A stretch of 63,536 nt of DNA, the filler included, from Aduncisulcus paluster (taxonomy: Eukaryota), in NCBI GenBank assembly GCA_024181965.1. It is 8 parts of 8 records of this genome, joined end to end, with 100 filler letters (N's around TTAATTAATTAA, not from the genome) between each part and the next. Parts side by side here need not be neighbours in the genome. Positions count along the whole stretch, not along the records: positions 49,675 to 55,259 come from BQXS01011344.1; positions 55,360 to 60,538 come from BQXS01011346.1; positions 60,639 to 63,536 come from BQXS01011348.1; 5 more parts are not named here. One strand, 5' to 3'. Position 1 is the first letter of the stretch, and every line of letters starts with the position of its first letter. Below are positions 49,675-62,162 of this stretch, one piece after another. Under the pieces are notes generated by a model. It saw nothing but the letters and a program-made list of their open reading frames with translations, searched no databases and had not been told where the DNA came from. The position numbers were made by a program, and so were the translations under genes.

Positions 49675-52600
49675 CACTCACATACTTGTCATCGACACAC
49701 CATCTCTTTGCAAAGGAACTCACACTGCCTCCAACACAGAATTCCATCAAGAACCCATACACACCTTTGTAGTTATCATCAAGAAGATCAAGAATATACA
49801 GAGGACGTGGGATTCGGTGGAAACATTTGGGATTGTAAAATAGCTTGAGTTGGGTCTTGAATTCGGCTTCACAAGCCTTCACAACAGTTTGGTCTGCACT
49901 TTGGAGCATCTTCTTCAGAACACATGGGAATGCAACACCATCAACATTTACGAGCACAGTCTCACAAAACTCACCACAGCCAATGACACACTGAGGAGTG
50001 ACGGTTGATGAGGAAGTCAAGATTTGCATGCTCTGCTTGTGATCCTGCTTGTGATCTTTTGTACATGTATCATCCTTTTCTTTCTCTTCCGATTCCTCCG
50101 ATTCCTCTGATTCTTTCTCTTCTTTCACTTCTTTCACTTCTTCTTCCAAATCTTCTTTCTCATCTTCTTTCTCATCCTTTTCCTCATCCTTTTCCTCAGC
50201 CTTTTCCTCAGCCTTTGAAGATACAATGGATACCTCTTTGGATGTCTGGGAGGAACTGGAAAGATCAGGAGTGGGGAGAGGAAGAGAAGAGGGAATGTCA
50301 TCACCTCTAATGAAAAAAAGAGATGATATTTGAAAATATTGTTTTCCCATTCTTTTCCCTGATATCTCGCATAGGAAAACATCTGGGAGATCAACAGGAA
50401 GGAAGAACCAACGACACATTAAATATTCAGAAAATTCGAATCTCTTGGACGTTTTCTCACCCCTTGAAGAAGTTAAAGTGAAGATAAGATGTGATGGCGA
50501 TGAAAAACTACTTCCATCGAGACAGATATAAGCACCTTTCATTGGGGAAGGGGAAGAGAAAGGAATGGAGATATGAGTAAAATATCCATTATTTGGCTCC
50601 CCTTTCACCATCTTTTGTGCTTGAGAACTCTGACCGTACCAAAAAGAACCTTTTTCAATGTTTTCATTAAAAGCGATAATGGACAAAAGCGATGGACTCT
50701 TAATATTGAGGGAAGCTCGAGAAATTGGAAAACGATCACCCTGACAAACAAACTCTGGCTTCACGATTTGAATAACATGAGCCGTGGATAATTCTTCTTC
50801 TTCTACAGGCTCATTTTGGGATTGAAAAGGCAAAAGAGCTTTCTCCGCATTCTGAATAACATCCCCATGGTCTTCTTTTTCCTCTTCTTTCCCGGCTTTT
50901 TGCACTTCTTTTTCTTCCATAATTATCTTTGTAGAGTCCTTTTCTCCTTCAAATGGCTCATGAGATTGTTCTTGTGCTTTTTCAGGTGTTTTCTTTGTTT
51001 GTTTCTTTTGTTTGTTTTGGCCTTGAGTTGCTTGTTTCTTTTTCTGCTTCTTTTGTTGCTTCTTTTTCTGATTTTTTAGTTGTTTAAGGTGTCGTTTAAT
51101 TTGTTTGGTGGGGGAGATTTGAGGAGTTTTTAAGGTCTTTTTATGTGCCGAAGAAGCTTGAGAAACTGTTAATGAATTATATTTCTTCCGAACAAAGACC
51201 ATGGATAAGACGGTAACCGGGGATTCATCTCCTTGCACTCGGTCATTAGGAAAACATGTTTTCCCTTGAATTTCACACAAAATTACTCGTGAACTCTGAA
51301 TTGGAAGGAAATACCACTCAGAAAAAAGATTTTTACCTTTAGATTCCATTATATTAAACACTTTGGATCTCTTCTTACCATCAGAATATTTGAGAGTAAA
51401 AAGCAAAGAAATGCCCCATAACTTCTGATGAATGCAGATAAAAACACCGAACATTGGACTAGGCGATGGAAAAGGGATAGAAAGATGGGTTAGAGTTGTC
51501 GAACATTCCCCTTTCAACATTCCTTGTGCATTCAAAGTCTGATCATAGTCATTAGTTTCCAAATATTCTAAATCGTTGTAAGCTTGAACCATTGAGAATG
51601 AAGGATTCAATATTGATGAATGGTCACGAGGAATGGGAATCGAATCTTTATCACCTTCTTTAATATATTGAGGTGTCACTGACTGAGCTTCACTCCAAAG
51701 TTTCTTGATATTTGTTTCTCTGAATTTACGAGAAGATTCTTCTTCGGGTGTTTCTTTCCGGATAAAGAGGAGATTTCTGATCTTAAAGTCGCCATAATGA
51801 TTGTCCATCCACAAGCCTTCGCCTTCAATTTCACATTGAATAATATCAGACAAATCGATTGAAAAGTATGCTAATTTGTTTGCTTTTCCAAATTCACATG
51901 AAATGAATGTTTTTGTTCCATCAACATGAGTAAAAATGAAGAGAAGGCTAAAAGGTTCGTCCACAGATATTGATACATCAATATACGCGCCTTTCAGATC
52001 ACAAGGGGAGGAGAAAGGGATAGATAAATATGACAAAGACAAATAGCTTCTTCCTTTCATTACCATACCTTTTATCGCAGAATTAAGCTGACATATCTGT
52101 GACTCTGATCTCAAACAATGTTTCTTTCCTTCTATTAATGAAAATACAGGTTTGGCAATGAATGATTCGCCACGAGAAGGAATATCTCGTAGTTTCTTTG
52201 AAATTGCTTTTCCGGCAATGGCGGCTTTCCATTGTTTCTCAAGTTCAGCATTTCTTGATACTCGAAAATCTCGTTCTTCAGGTGTCTCCTCTCTCACAAA
52301 ATTAAAGGAGAAAAATCCGAAATTTCGATTTTCGGCTGGCCTTTCTACTTCAATCTCACATAATACAACATTGGATAAATCAATATGAAGGAAGTGCCAT
52401 TCATATTCATGGTGTTTATAATTGAAATCTATGAATTCATACTTCTTGTATATCTTCTTTCCATCACAATTGGTGAACGAGAAGAGAAGGGAGGGTGTGT
52501 CATCATTAATACATATATTGGCCCCTTTAATATGACTAGGCGACGGGAAAGGGACGGAAAGATGAGATAACCATAATTCCTTCGAGTTGTGACCAAAAAG

Positions 52601-54216
52601 GTTTTCTCCTCTCAACAGTTTCTGAGCTTGATGACTTCGATCATATTCCTTGACTTGGCGACTCAAGGAGACTTCTTTTGCCTTAACCAAATCATATGAA
52701 GGATGTACGAGAGTCGTTTCAAAACGAGGAACTGAAACAGAAACCAGGATTTCGACACCCTCAATAAATTCCGATTTAGTTATCGGAGTTTCAGACCATG
52801 CTACCTTAAGGTTTTCCTGTCTGATCTCACGGGCAACACGATCAGCAAGTGTTTCTGGCTTAACAAAAACAAGGGAGTGGATATCGAAAATTTGACGATT
52901 CTTCTTATTCCACGTTCCTTTTCCTTCAATTTCACAAATCTCAACATTTTCTAAATTAATAGGAAGGAAGTGCCATTCATAATAGTTTTTAGGTTCCTCA
53001 AATTCATATCTCTTCAGCGTTTTCTTTCCATTAGCGTGGATGAAAGTGAAAAGGAGAGACGGGGAACTTGTACAGTTACCCACACATATATAAGCACCTT
53101 TAAGAGAGTCAGGTGAGGAGAAAGGAATGGAGAGATATGATACAGTCAAGCAATCTTTTCTTCCAATTAACATTTCTCGTGCGAAATGAGTCTTATCGTA
53201 ATTTTCATTCTTTGGACATAAGCTCTTATCCGTGGCCTTGATCTTTTTGAGTGAAAGATCAACCACCGACGGATCATCACGTGGAATTGGAATGGAATCT
53301 CTTCCGCTAGAAAAGGAATCTCCCTCCTTTATAAATATTGATTTCACGGGTGGAGCTTCATACCATCTCTTTTCTTTAGATTCACGAGCAGCAGATTCTG
53401 GATCAGTTTCCTTTCGAATAAAAAACAGAGATTTGATATTAGATCCTCCATATCGTCCTACCTTCATCTTATTCTCGATGTCACACTGATAAACACTATC
53501 GAGACCGATCGGGAGATAAAACCAGGTTGCTTTTTTTCTTTTTTCAGGAAATTCAAACTTCTTACAAATGCTTCCTAATTTCTTCTCCTTATAATGAGTG
53601 AAAGTGAAGAGAATATTGTGGTTTGTAGAGGCAGAATCGGACTCTTCCAAACATAAAAAAGCACCTTTGATTTGGGATGCAGATGAAAAAGGTATTTTTA
53701 AAGCCTTGAAATTTGTATAAGAATGACCTTGAACCAAATCTATTATCGCTGAAGATTCTCCCTCGGAATAGTCGTCACCGCCACCATAATAATCGCAGTC
53801 GCCATAATAATCGTCGCCACAACAATAATCATCATCCCACCATTTACCTTCAGGTTCATACGAAGAATAAGATTGTCTTTCGAGTTCATACTGAGCAACC
53901 ATTTTGGAAAAATTTGGATTTTGAACAACAGGATCATCCCGAGGAATTGGAGAGCATTCGCCATCTCCTTCAAAGACAAAAACTGGCTTGCTCACCGGAA
54001 CATCCGGATCTTTAGAAGACGTGTATACTCCTATTGAATTCAAAAAAGATCTTTGAACCGCATTATATCGTTCGATTTCTTCTTCTGTTGGCTAAATAAT
54101 TCACAAAAACATCAAATCACAGAATTATGTTCAACAATGAATAAGTTAGTTATAAGACCTAAATGTATAGTATAATGGATTGCTTGAAGAAAATAAAAAC
54201 ATACAAGGAGTGACAT
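49675..54216 (-). CDS. Protein with six tandem ~180-aa repeated domains followed by a Ser/Thr protein kinase domain (3' truncated); exon 54216-54205, intron 54204-54092
   Basis: Six copies of SIPF.SP...KGA.IC....L.FTFT...GKK..K..EF....W.FLPI.L..V..CEI.G. Kinase N-lobe IGCGEFCET...CVLKKM...E...YGFLMEFCVGGS. ATGTCACTCCTT|GTATGT...TTTAG|CCA is in phase (MSLLPTEEEIERY). Confidence 0.85.
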
Positions 54217-54508
54217 TGTTTTACAAATAGTGAAAATAGTGATTACGTTAGAAACATCTGATATGTTGGGTAAAATTTAATATGATTGGATAAAATATAA
54301 ATATTTGTAGATGTTTCAAAATTTTTCTAATGATATTCTTATGGAAACCATTGAGAAAGAGCTCTATCTTTGATATCAATATTTGATGGGCTTAATTTGC
54401 CTTTTTCAACATAATTGAATATAAAATAACAAATTAATGCGAATAAAATATTTGGCGTATTTTATGTGGTTGATAACAACACTAATCCTTGAGCGTAAGC
54501 CAATTTCA

Positions 54509-54652
54509 CAGCGATGACTTTTTTAGGTATGACCTAGGTCATACCGATGGTCCTGACCTAGGTCTGGACCACTAGGTCATACCAACCTATAGAGTACATT
54601 TGACCACCTGGTCATACAGGGGTTATACCATACCCTGACCTAGGTCATACCA
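54509..54652. repeat. Cluster of palindromic TGACCTAGGTCATACC motifs; putative DNA-transposon terminus or subterminal repeats
   Basis: Perfect 20-bp palindrome GGTATGACCTAGGTCATACC (54526-54545), near-palindrome 54548-54571, further copies at about 54572, 54601 and 54635; preceded by CAGCGATGAC. Confidence 0.6.
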
Positions 54653-55359
54653 AAATATCAGTTTTATAATAAATCTTAAGTTAAAATATTTACTTTATAA
54701 ATTTCTTAAATTATTTCAAACAAAAAAACAAAAAATCGTTGGGGACCCCCCCTTTTTTTACAAAGAAAACAGAAATACAGGGGGGGTCATCGGGGGGAGG
54801 AGCAGGAACTAAAACAATTAAAATAAATAAGACTTACGCCTCCCCTGGGTTGGCCAAACCCAAGGGAGACCGCTTTTAAGGACACAATGTTGACAAAAAA
54901 AGAAGATAAAAATGGGAACTTCGTGCAAACAGGTTGCTTGCATAAAAATGATATAAAAATGAGATAAATGTTAATAAAAATGATAATTATAAAAAATATT
55001 TTTATTTAAGGTCCATCTAAATTTGGAAATCGCCTGATACAAAAACCTTTCGAGATATGATGTTAAGAGTGTTATATCACAAAATTAAAAAAAAAATTAA
55101 TTAAAATAAATGAAAATTAAAAATAAAAAAATCATTTATTATGATGAAAAAAGTGGTCAAAATGGGTCATCATGAATCACTGTGTGGCACTTGAAAATGT
55201 TGTTGTTTTGACACAAGTACCACTCAGTGATATGTTTAAAACATATTATTTTAATTCCCNNNNNNNNNNNNNNNNNNNNNNNNNNNNNNNNNNNNNNNNN
55301 NNNTTAATTAATTAANNNNNNNNNNNNNNNNNNNNNNNNNNNNNNNNNNNNNNNNNNNN

Positions 55360-55572
55360 ATTAGAAATTGTTTTTATACCTGTTACGAGTTGTAGTGCGG
55401 CCAAAAGAGGAGGATCAAAAAGCCGATGCCATTGAGTTGGTCTGATAACAGAGGGATCAGCTTTGTAAGCCTCGTAACGAGTAAAAAATTCGGTCAAATT
55501 TTTCAAAGAATACTCCTTTAAAGTAGGAACTTCGACACGAGATGAGGTAATATTGGTCGTGGGGCTTGGCAT
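55360..55572 (-). CDS. N-terminal fragment of an unknown protein, possibly retroelement Gag-like; 3' truncated
   Basis: ATG-initiated ORF running into the linker; 'PTLKEYSLKNLTEFFTRYEAY' is loosely reminiscent of Gag N-termini. Confidence 0.3.
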
Positions 55573-56276
55573 AACAATAATATTATTGTTGGTTTAATAA
55601 CCTTTATAATGATGGTGGAGCAAATTTACTAGTTTGAGAATAAAAGAATGCGCGAAGAAAGGTAAAATATAGTCTGTAAAGAAACACAAAAACTTTCAAA
55701 TATGATCTTCGGTAATAAGATAGTAATAAACATTCTAATATCGAAATAAATATATTAATTAAAATCGTATTATAAAATATATATTAAATATTCAATAATA
55801 ATACTCCTTAAAGAAAATAATAAAAACGTCTGCTTTTGGCAGCAGCCGTGTTATTCTAACAATACACATTGGGGAAAAATTAGAGTCAAGAACTGGTGTT
55901 TTCTGGTTTTTCAAAAGTGACTCCAGTATCTTCAATTCAACCATTATCTGAATTGAATGGGCTCTATTTTGTTGGTTTTTCAAGGTTTAATTCTCTCGAG
56001 AATATGAATTCTTTGAAGACCATTTCTCGTTTATAGCAGGCAGATGTATCTGGAAGTCGTAATTTAGTTGATCTATCGTAATGTTGGGATGGTTCAAATG
56101 GAAATTTATATCTCAAGTTATGATGGCTCTCCGATTTGTCGGGCTGAAAGTGACGATAAGTTTTTTGAATTTATCACAACAATATTTCCATCTCATAACA
56201 AGGAAGTTGCTGATGATTATATCAATAAAGAATGTCCCATTGGATCAAACTTTCTCAAAAATTCACTAATTTGGAG

Positions 56277-59003
56277 TCAGAATCCAAGGTTACGAAAGAT
56301 AGAATCCATGGATACTCTCGGGGTATCTGATTTTCTTTCTTCTTCTTTCTTTGTTACAATATCCATTCTTTTTTCCCATTCTTCTTGATCAAATCCTTCA
56401 AATTGAATAGTTTCTGCATCAAATAGGGCTTCAACACAAGCTGAAGTGTTCTCAATAAAATGATGGACAGAATGAATCATAGATCTTTCGTCAGAATATG
56501 CCACAGATACTTGTAAATGCTGAGGAGGAGTGTATTGTATGAGATCAGAATAGTGGATAATGCTTTCAGAAGCTTTACGGCCTTTTTTGAGCTTATTTGA
56601 GATAGACAACAAAGGAACACCAGCTTTACAAATGACTCCTTCTTTGTAGAGGTGAGCAACATGAAATATTTTGGTATCAAATAGTTTAGTAAAGAAATTC
56701 GGTATTATGCATTGCATTCCGATAATATGAACCGTTTTCGCGAATTTAACATCAGTAGGCTGCAATTTATCAATCATATCTATTTTTAGACTTGGAATAA
56801 GGGAGATTGCTGGAATACGTTGAAGTAAGGAATGAAATAAGAATCTCTCGGCATGATGTAAAATATTCTCACAATAATCTTCCAATCCAGGGAATGGCAT
56901 TTTTGCTCGGCAAATTTTCCAACAACGTCTCATTTCTACATCATATTTTGGAGAGATTTTAGGAATTAATTCTGGAACTCGAGAAAATGAGGCCAAAAGG
57001 ATCATCCAGTCATTATATAGAGATGTAGATCCTGAAGAACTTGCCGTTTGAAACCATTCTTTGAGGTGTTCAGAGAAGAGATCAAACACTCCAACTGTAT
57101 GTTCCGGATGATCGAAACACATAGAGTAGAAGAATATGAAACATAGTTGTCCTGATGAAAGGATAATCCCTGGAGACTCTTCATTTACAAACTGAGCAAC
57201 CTCAAGAAACAGAGGCCAGATTCTGGAGCACAATCTTTTGTCAGGAAGGGAAGGTTTTTTTCTTGTGGGTTGAATATGGGTGACAAATGCCAGGATTTGC
57301 ATAATGCCGCTGTATATTTCATTACTTCGATATGTCCTTAGCCAAGCTCCAAACACAGGGGAGATACAATCAATCAAAGAAGCACATACATCATATGAAT
57401 TGCTATATGCAACATCCCCGAGAACGGACAATATATGAATACATGACTCGATTGGGAGCTTTGTTTTTGCACCTCGTTGTAACATTAATGTCATGTTGTG
57501 GGAGATTTCTGTCCAAAGGAGATGTTTTTTGTTAGGCAGGATTAAGCGTCGGGACAAATAGAGCATGGAGAAGAGGAGATAAACATCATCGATAAGCTCG
57601 CCTAACACTTCCTCAACAAATGATAGGGATTTTATGACAGCATTAAAAAATTCCCCGATACCACCACCTGGCAAAACAATTGTCTTTTTGTCAACACGAT
57701 GACATAAAAGGTGACTCAAACAATCAACAATAATCATGATTTCATTTTCATGCTCTTTCACCATTTCACGTGTTGAAAAAGAAGTTAAGGTGGTAACCAT
57801 GCTAGATAGATGTAATTTAAGAAGAGATTTGGTTTCTTCATGTGATTTTGTTGATTGTATTTGGAGCAGAACAGCAACCCAGTGAGAGAGATCGGGATGG
57901 ATATTACCAAGGTATATGGAATTCAGTGTTTCTTTCTTCCAGAAAGACCCATGGATATGACACCATTTCATATCACCACACCACAAAGACAGAGACTCTC
58001 TAAGCTCTGAAACCGTCGATAAAGATGACACAAACTTCATGATGAGAATAATAACCTCAATGTGAACGGGATTATTTTCTTCGGAAGCGAAAGAAGAACG
58101 AATGGATTTGAACAAAATTGGAAGAATATGCACAGCAACATTCTCATATATTGGAATTAAATGGGATGGTGTGACCGAGCAGATATTGACAAAAAGCAAC
58201 AAACAATCACGAATATTAAAGAGAGAATAATCAGCCGTCTCGAAATATGATTTAATTCTTCTGAGGAATGGAATAGTAATATAAGGTATTACAGCTGAGC
58301 ATCCCGCATTATAAGTGGATAAATGTAGATGATCAATACATAGATGAGACAAAATACCAAACACTGTGCCAAATAGCTCATTTGTCGGATGGATGGTGAC
58401 AAGGGTGGGTAATATTTTGGCAATAAATGAATCTCGAGTCAAATCGTCTTGACAAAGAGACATAACTTCAAGGATCGAAACAAATTGGGAAGAGATAGGA
58501 TTAGATGGATATTCTTTGATAATAGAAAGCATTCGAGACATAAAAGGGGAAATAATGATCGAATTCATTATCTCGAGATCAGTGGAAATCGAGTGGATTG
58601 ACTTCTCTAAAATGGAAATTAACGTTTTTGAGATCAAAGAAAATTCATTTTTATCTTGAGAAAGACAGTTTTCTATTGTCAATAGTAAATGAAGGCGAGA
58701 TGCAACAATTTGCTGGACTGTGTATGAATCAAGAATAATAGATGATCCCGAAATATCTTTATGCATGAAATAATTATCAAAACATTGGAATATCTTTGTG
58801 AACAACTCGCGATTCTCGAAAATCATTTCTGGTGTTTTGGAAAGAAGCTGGAGGGCTTTTTCAATCTCTAATCCTCTTGCATTAAAAAGATTTTTTGATT
58901 CAAAAACATCTGGTGCCATCAGAATTTTGCTGTTTAACTCATTAATCGCGGAAATAGTAATAGGTTCCACTTGACTGATAAGGTATGAAAATGGGTATGA
59001 CAT
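56277..59003 (-). CDS. 908-aa ARM/HEAT-like helical protein with an internal duplication; lineage-specific family
   Basis: Long intact ORF. Repeat pair 'FVSSLSTVSELRESLS....DMKWC' / 'LLASFSRVPELIPKISPKYDVEMRRC'. Confidence 0.7.
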   Translation of the reverse strand: MSYPFSYLISQVEPITISAINELNSKILMAPDVFESKNLFNARGLEIEKALQLLSKTPEMIFENRELFTKIFQCFDNYFMHKDISGSSIILDSYTVQQIVASRLHLLLTIENCLSQDKNEFSLISKTLISILEKSIHSISTDLEIMNSIIISPFMSRMLSIIKEYPSNPISSQFVSILEVMSLCQDDLTRDSFIAKILPTLVTIHPTNELFGTVFGILSHLCIDHLHLSTYNAGCSAVIPYITIPFLRRIKSYFETADYSLFNIRDCLLLFVNICSVTPSHLIPIYENVAVHILPILFKSIRSSFASEENNPVHIEVIILIMKFVSSLSTVSELRESLSLWCGDMKWCHIHGSFWKKETLNSIYLGNIHPDLSHWVAVLLQIQSTKSHEETKSLLKLHLSSMVTTLTSFSTREMVKEHENEIMIIVDCLSHLLCHRVDKKTIVLPGGGIGEFFNAVIKSLSFVEEVLGELIDDVYLLFSMLYLSRRLILPNKKHLLWTEISHNMTLMLQRGAKTKLPIESCIHILSVLGDVAYSNSYDVCASLIDCISPVFGAWLRTYRSNEIYSGIMQILAFVTHIQPTRKKPSLPDKRLCSRIWPLFLEVAQFVNEESPGIILSSGQLCFIFFYSMCFDHPEHTVGVFDLFSEHLKEWFQTASSSGSTSLYNDWMILLASFSRVPELIPKISPKYDVEMRRCWKICRAKMPFPGLEDYCENILHHAERFLFHSLLQRIPAISLIPSLKIDMIDKLQPTDVKFAKTVHIIGMQCIIPNFFTKLFDTKIFHVAHLYKEGVICKAGVPLLSISNKLKKGRKASESIIHYSDLIQYTPPQHLQVSVAYSDERSMIHSVHHFIENTSACVEALFDAETIQFEGFDQEEWEKRMDIVTKKEEERKSDTPRVSMDSIFRNLGF

Positions 59004-60638
59004 GTTGAAAATTGAATCAATAAATACAAATCAATTAATTCTAAGCTGTAGTAGTAATTATCAATTTGGCCTTCCTTCGAAGAGAGAACGATGATGGCCA
59101 AACCGGTAGTACCGCCGGCGGCACCTGCCAGGAGGGTAGAAAGAAATCAGAAGTTGGATAATGTCAACTGGGTTAAGTCTTGCCGATACCAAAGCCTTTA
59201 CGGTTGAAGATCAAGATGATTTTGGAGAATGTCTATTTGATGCTACTAAAAGTTCCGCATTGAGACTTACAGTTTCACGTTGTCTAGCTTATATTCAGAG
59301 ACCGTCTTTATAGTGACTATTATTGAAAGAAGATATGGTCAAGGATCCAAAGAAAGAAATGATAGAAAGAATTTCAAGAGTCTTCAAAGACGAAGATTAT
59401 CGTTCGGATACAGAAGCCGAATTTAAAAAAACACATCTTCAGTCTGATTGCTGGCACTGTGTCTATTTATATTGAGTCAGATACACCAAGGAAATGAATA
59501 CATTCTGGAAAGAGGACATATAATTAAAATAGAGGCCAATAAGACTATATCCGGCGAAAAATATTTACTAGTCCAACGAAGGCTTTCCAATGAGGTCCCC
59601 TCTCACTCACAATGAGTATCTAGGTTATCCCTCAAAGGTAGACCTCAGTTCATACCTGATGATGGCAAATAAAATGAGATGTACATGCCTCACTACAAGA
59701 GAACACGATCTCCGGAATAAACCATTGTGGCTTGACCTCTATACCATAAAAGGCCTATTCCAGATATGGTGACCCTTACACCACTACACCATTGCCACCC
59801 GTAAACTTGTGTTGCGGTTGAAGATAGACATTAAGGCCAAAAAATATTAATCCATGTTATATTCATTTAATTTTGATTTTAAAACCATTATAAAGTTTGA
59901 AGATAACTTGGGAGCAGTTATCTGATGTTATGAGCATATAATACTTATTATTGATTGTAAAATAATTTATGGTTTTAATGTAGATAAATTTTTGCTCCGG
60001 ATAGTCCCATTCTATGCACATACATACCCAGAAATTTTCGTGAATTTTTTTAAATAATTTTGCTCAACATCATTAAATCCAATGGAAGTGTCTGGCAGCC
60101 TTTCATTGGATTTATGCATTTTGATCCCACTCTGCCAGGTGGGATCAAGTTGCAAATGATGTTTTATTGTGTTTATGTTTTTGCACAATTTTTTACATTT
60201 CATTCGGATCTATCAACAGTTTAGCATGATTTTGGTATTTTCATTGAAAAAAACTAAGTTTTTATAATCCTCACGTTGAAATAATTCGTGGATTTAAGGT
60301 TTCTTGGGGATTTGGTTAGAATTGTCCTTATCATACACTTATCCAGTTAATCCCTTTGAATCTGTGTCGATACCATTCATTATGACGTTTGATTGTATTT
60401 ATTCTTGTTGAATAGTTGTCAGTATATTGTTTTATGATATTCAAGGTTTGTTTCTATTATTACACAAAATATCTTTTTTTTTTTGACTCGGGGGGGTTTA
60501 TTCAATTGTGATTAGCATATTCTAATAAAGATTTATGGNNNNNNNNNNNNNNNNNNNNNNNNNNNNNNNNNNNNNNNNNNNNTTAATTAATTAANNNNNN
60601 NNNNNNNNNNNNNNNNNNNNNNNNNNNNNNNNNNNNNN

Positions 60639-61845
60639 AAGGAAGAACATGCTTTGGCGTGAGGGAGTGTAACTCTTTCATATTCCTCGCCTGTCTCAGA
60701 GATACAAACATACATGGAGAGTTTACGAGTTGGGACAGGGGTATGGAAAGGATTGCAGAAAGACTGGCGCCTGGAAAGACTCGACACGGATGAGGGAGTC
60801 GTTAATTCTGTATCTTCACAGCAACTGGGCTTCTCTTCATCGTATCCCCGTCTGATCTTATCCTCAAGTTTGTCGTGAGTGGAGATGACATGTTGTAATT
60901 GCTCAGCAGTCACTGGATATACAGAAAACAGGGATCGAAGGAATTGACCGACTGACTTCTCAACATGGGCAGAGAGAACTTCTTCATCATACACAGCAAA
61001 ATCCTCAGAAGCAGCAAGATGAGGGGTGTATGAGGGAACGGCTGTGTGGGGAATCTGTGGGGTTCTTGGCTGTGAAATTGGAATTGACGGAGAAACCTTA
61101 GAGACAGAAATATCACCTTTGGAGGATATCGTATGGGAATGAAGCATGGAATGATCTTCAAGAGGTTGTTTTGGTGGAGAGGAATATCTGACGGATGTGG
61201 CAGCAGCTGTGGTCTCAGTATTATGAGCAACACTAGAAGCGACAATAGATGAGTATAAACGGCGTTCTTGATCAGCCTTTTCACGCTCTTCCTCCATTTT
61301 TTGCCGCCATTCTTCATCAGTTTTCTCTTTGACTATTGAAGACGCAGATGCAATGGCATGAGCATTGACTTGGGAAACAGGAAGAAGAGGAGGGACGACC
61401 AATGAGGTTTGTGCACGGTCAAACCGTGTTAGAAGTCGCTCAAGTTCTTCCAACGAGTGAACTGGTTGTGGAGACTCTAAAATACCATCGGGTTTAAAAA
61501 TGGCAAAAACTGGGGCTTTTGGATGCAAGGCAGTATATAACTTTGGTAAATATTTTGCGGGAATGATTTCTAATTGAAATACTCCGTCGTTTTGAGCGAT
61601 TCCTGAGGGTCTAGTGAATGATAAACATTTCCCACTAGCATGAAGTAATGTCCAATACAAAATTGTATATTCTGTGATAAAATGCATAAATATCGGCAAA
61701 AAGAGGAATTAGAAATCACTACAATCAAAAATTATCAACATTGGAAGGAAAACGGTGATAACATACTTAATTCTTCCCTAAAAGATGATTTTGATATTCT
61801 ATGGTTAACAATTAAGTGTATAAGACTGCTTCCATTAATTTTCAT
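60639..61845 (-). CDS. Uncharacterised protein; exons 61845-61767 and 61671-60639 (95-nt intron); 3' truncated
   Basis: A phase-matched GTATGT...CACAG intron gives MKINGSSLIHLIVNHRISKSSFREELKYTILYW... Confidence 0.65.
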
Positions 61846-62162
61846 TTTCTATCCTAGCAAAACCAGGACAAAATATAATAAAACATTGGGAAGACAAATT
61901 TTGGCAGATTATTTATAATGTCTTTATACATATATATCTTTTAATTCTATATATCTTATTGATAATGATATAAATATTGTCAATGGGGCGATATACTCAA
62001 ATTAGCAATTCTGTCGAAATACACATGTAAATAGCCGCACAATAGAAATATTCGATTAAATAAATTGTTATATAATTCAATTATCTTGTTATCATAATTG
62101 ATTCTGGTCTTTACGAGTTTTGGTTTTGCCAATCTTGTGTTTTCTCTGTGAGTTGGAATATA

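Noticed and set aside
54526-54652. CRISPR-like array
   Set aside because: Repeats are irregularly spaced with no unique equal-length spacers, there are no cas genes, and the context is eukaryotic.
56068-56388. 106-aa plus-strand ORF
   Set aside because: TTG start, overlaps the 3' end of the 908-aa gene, and has no recognisable motif.
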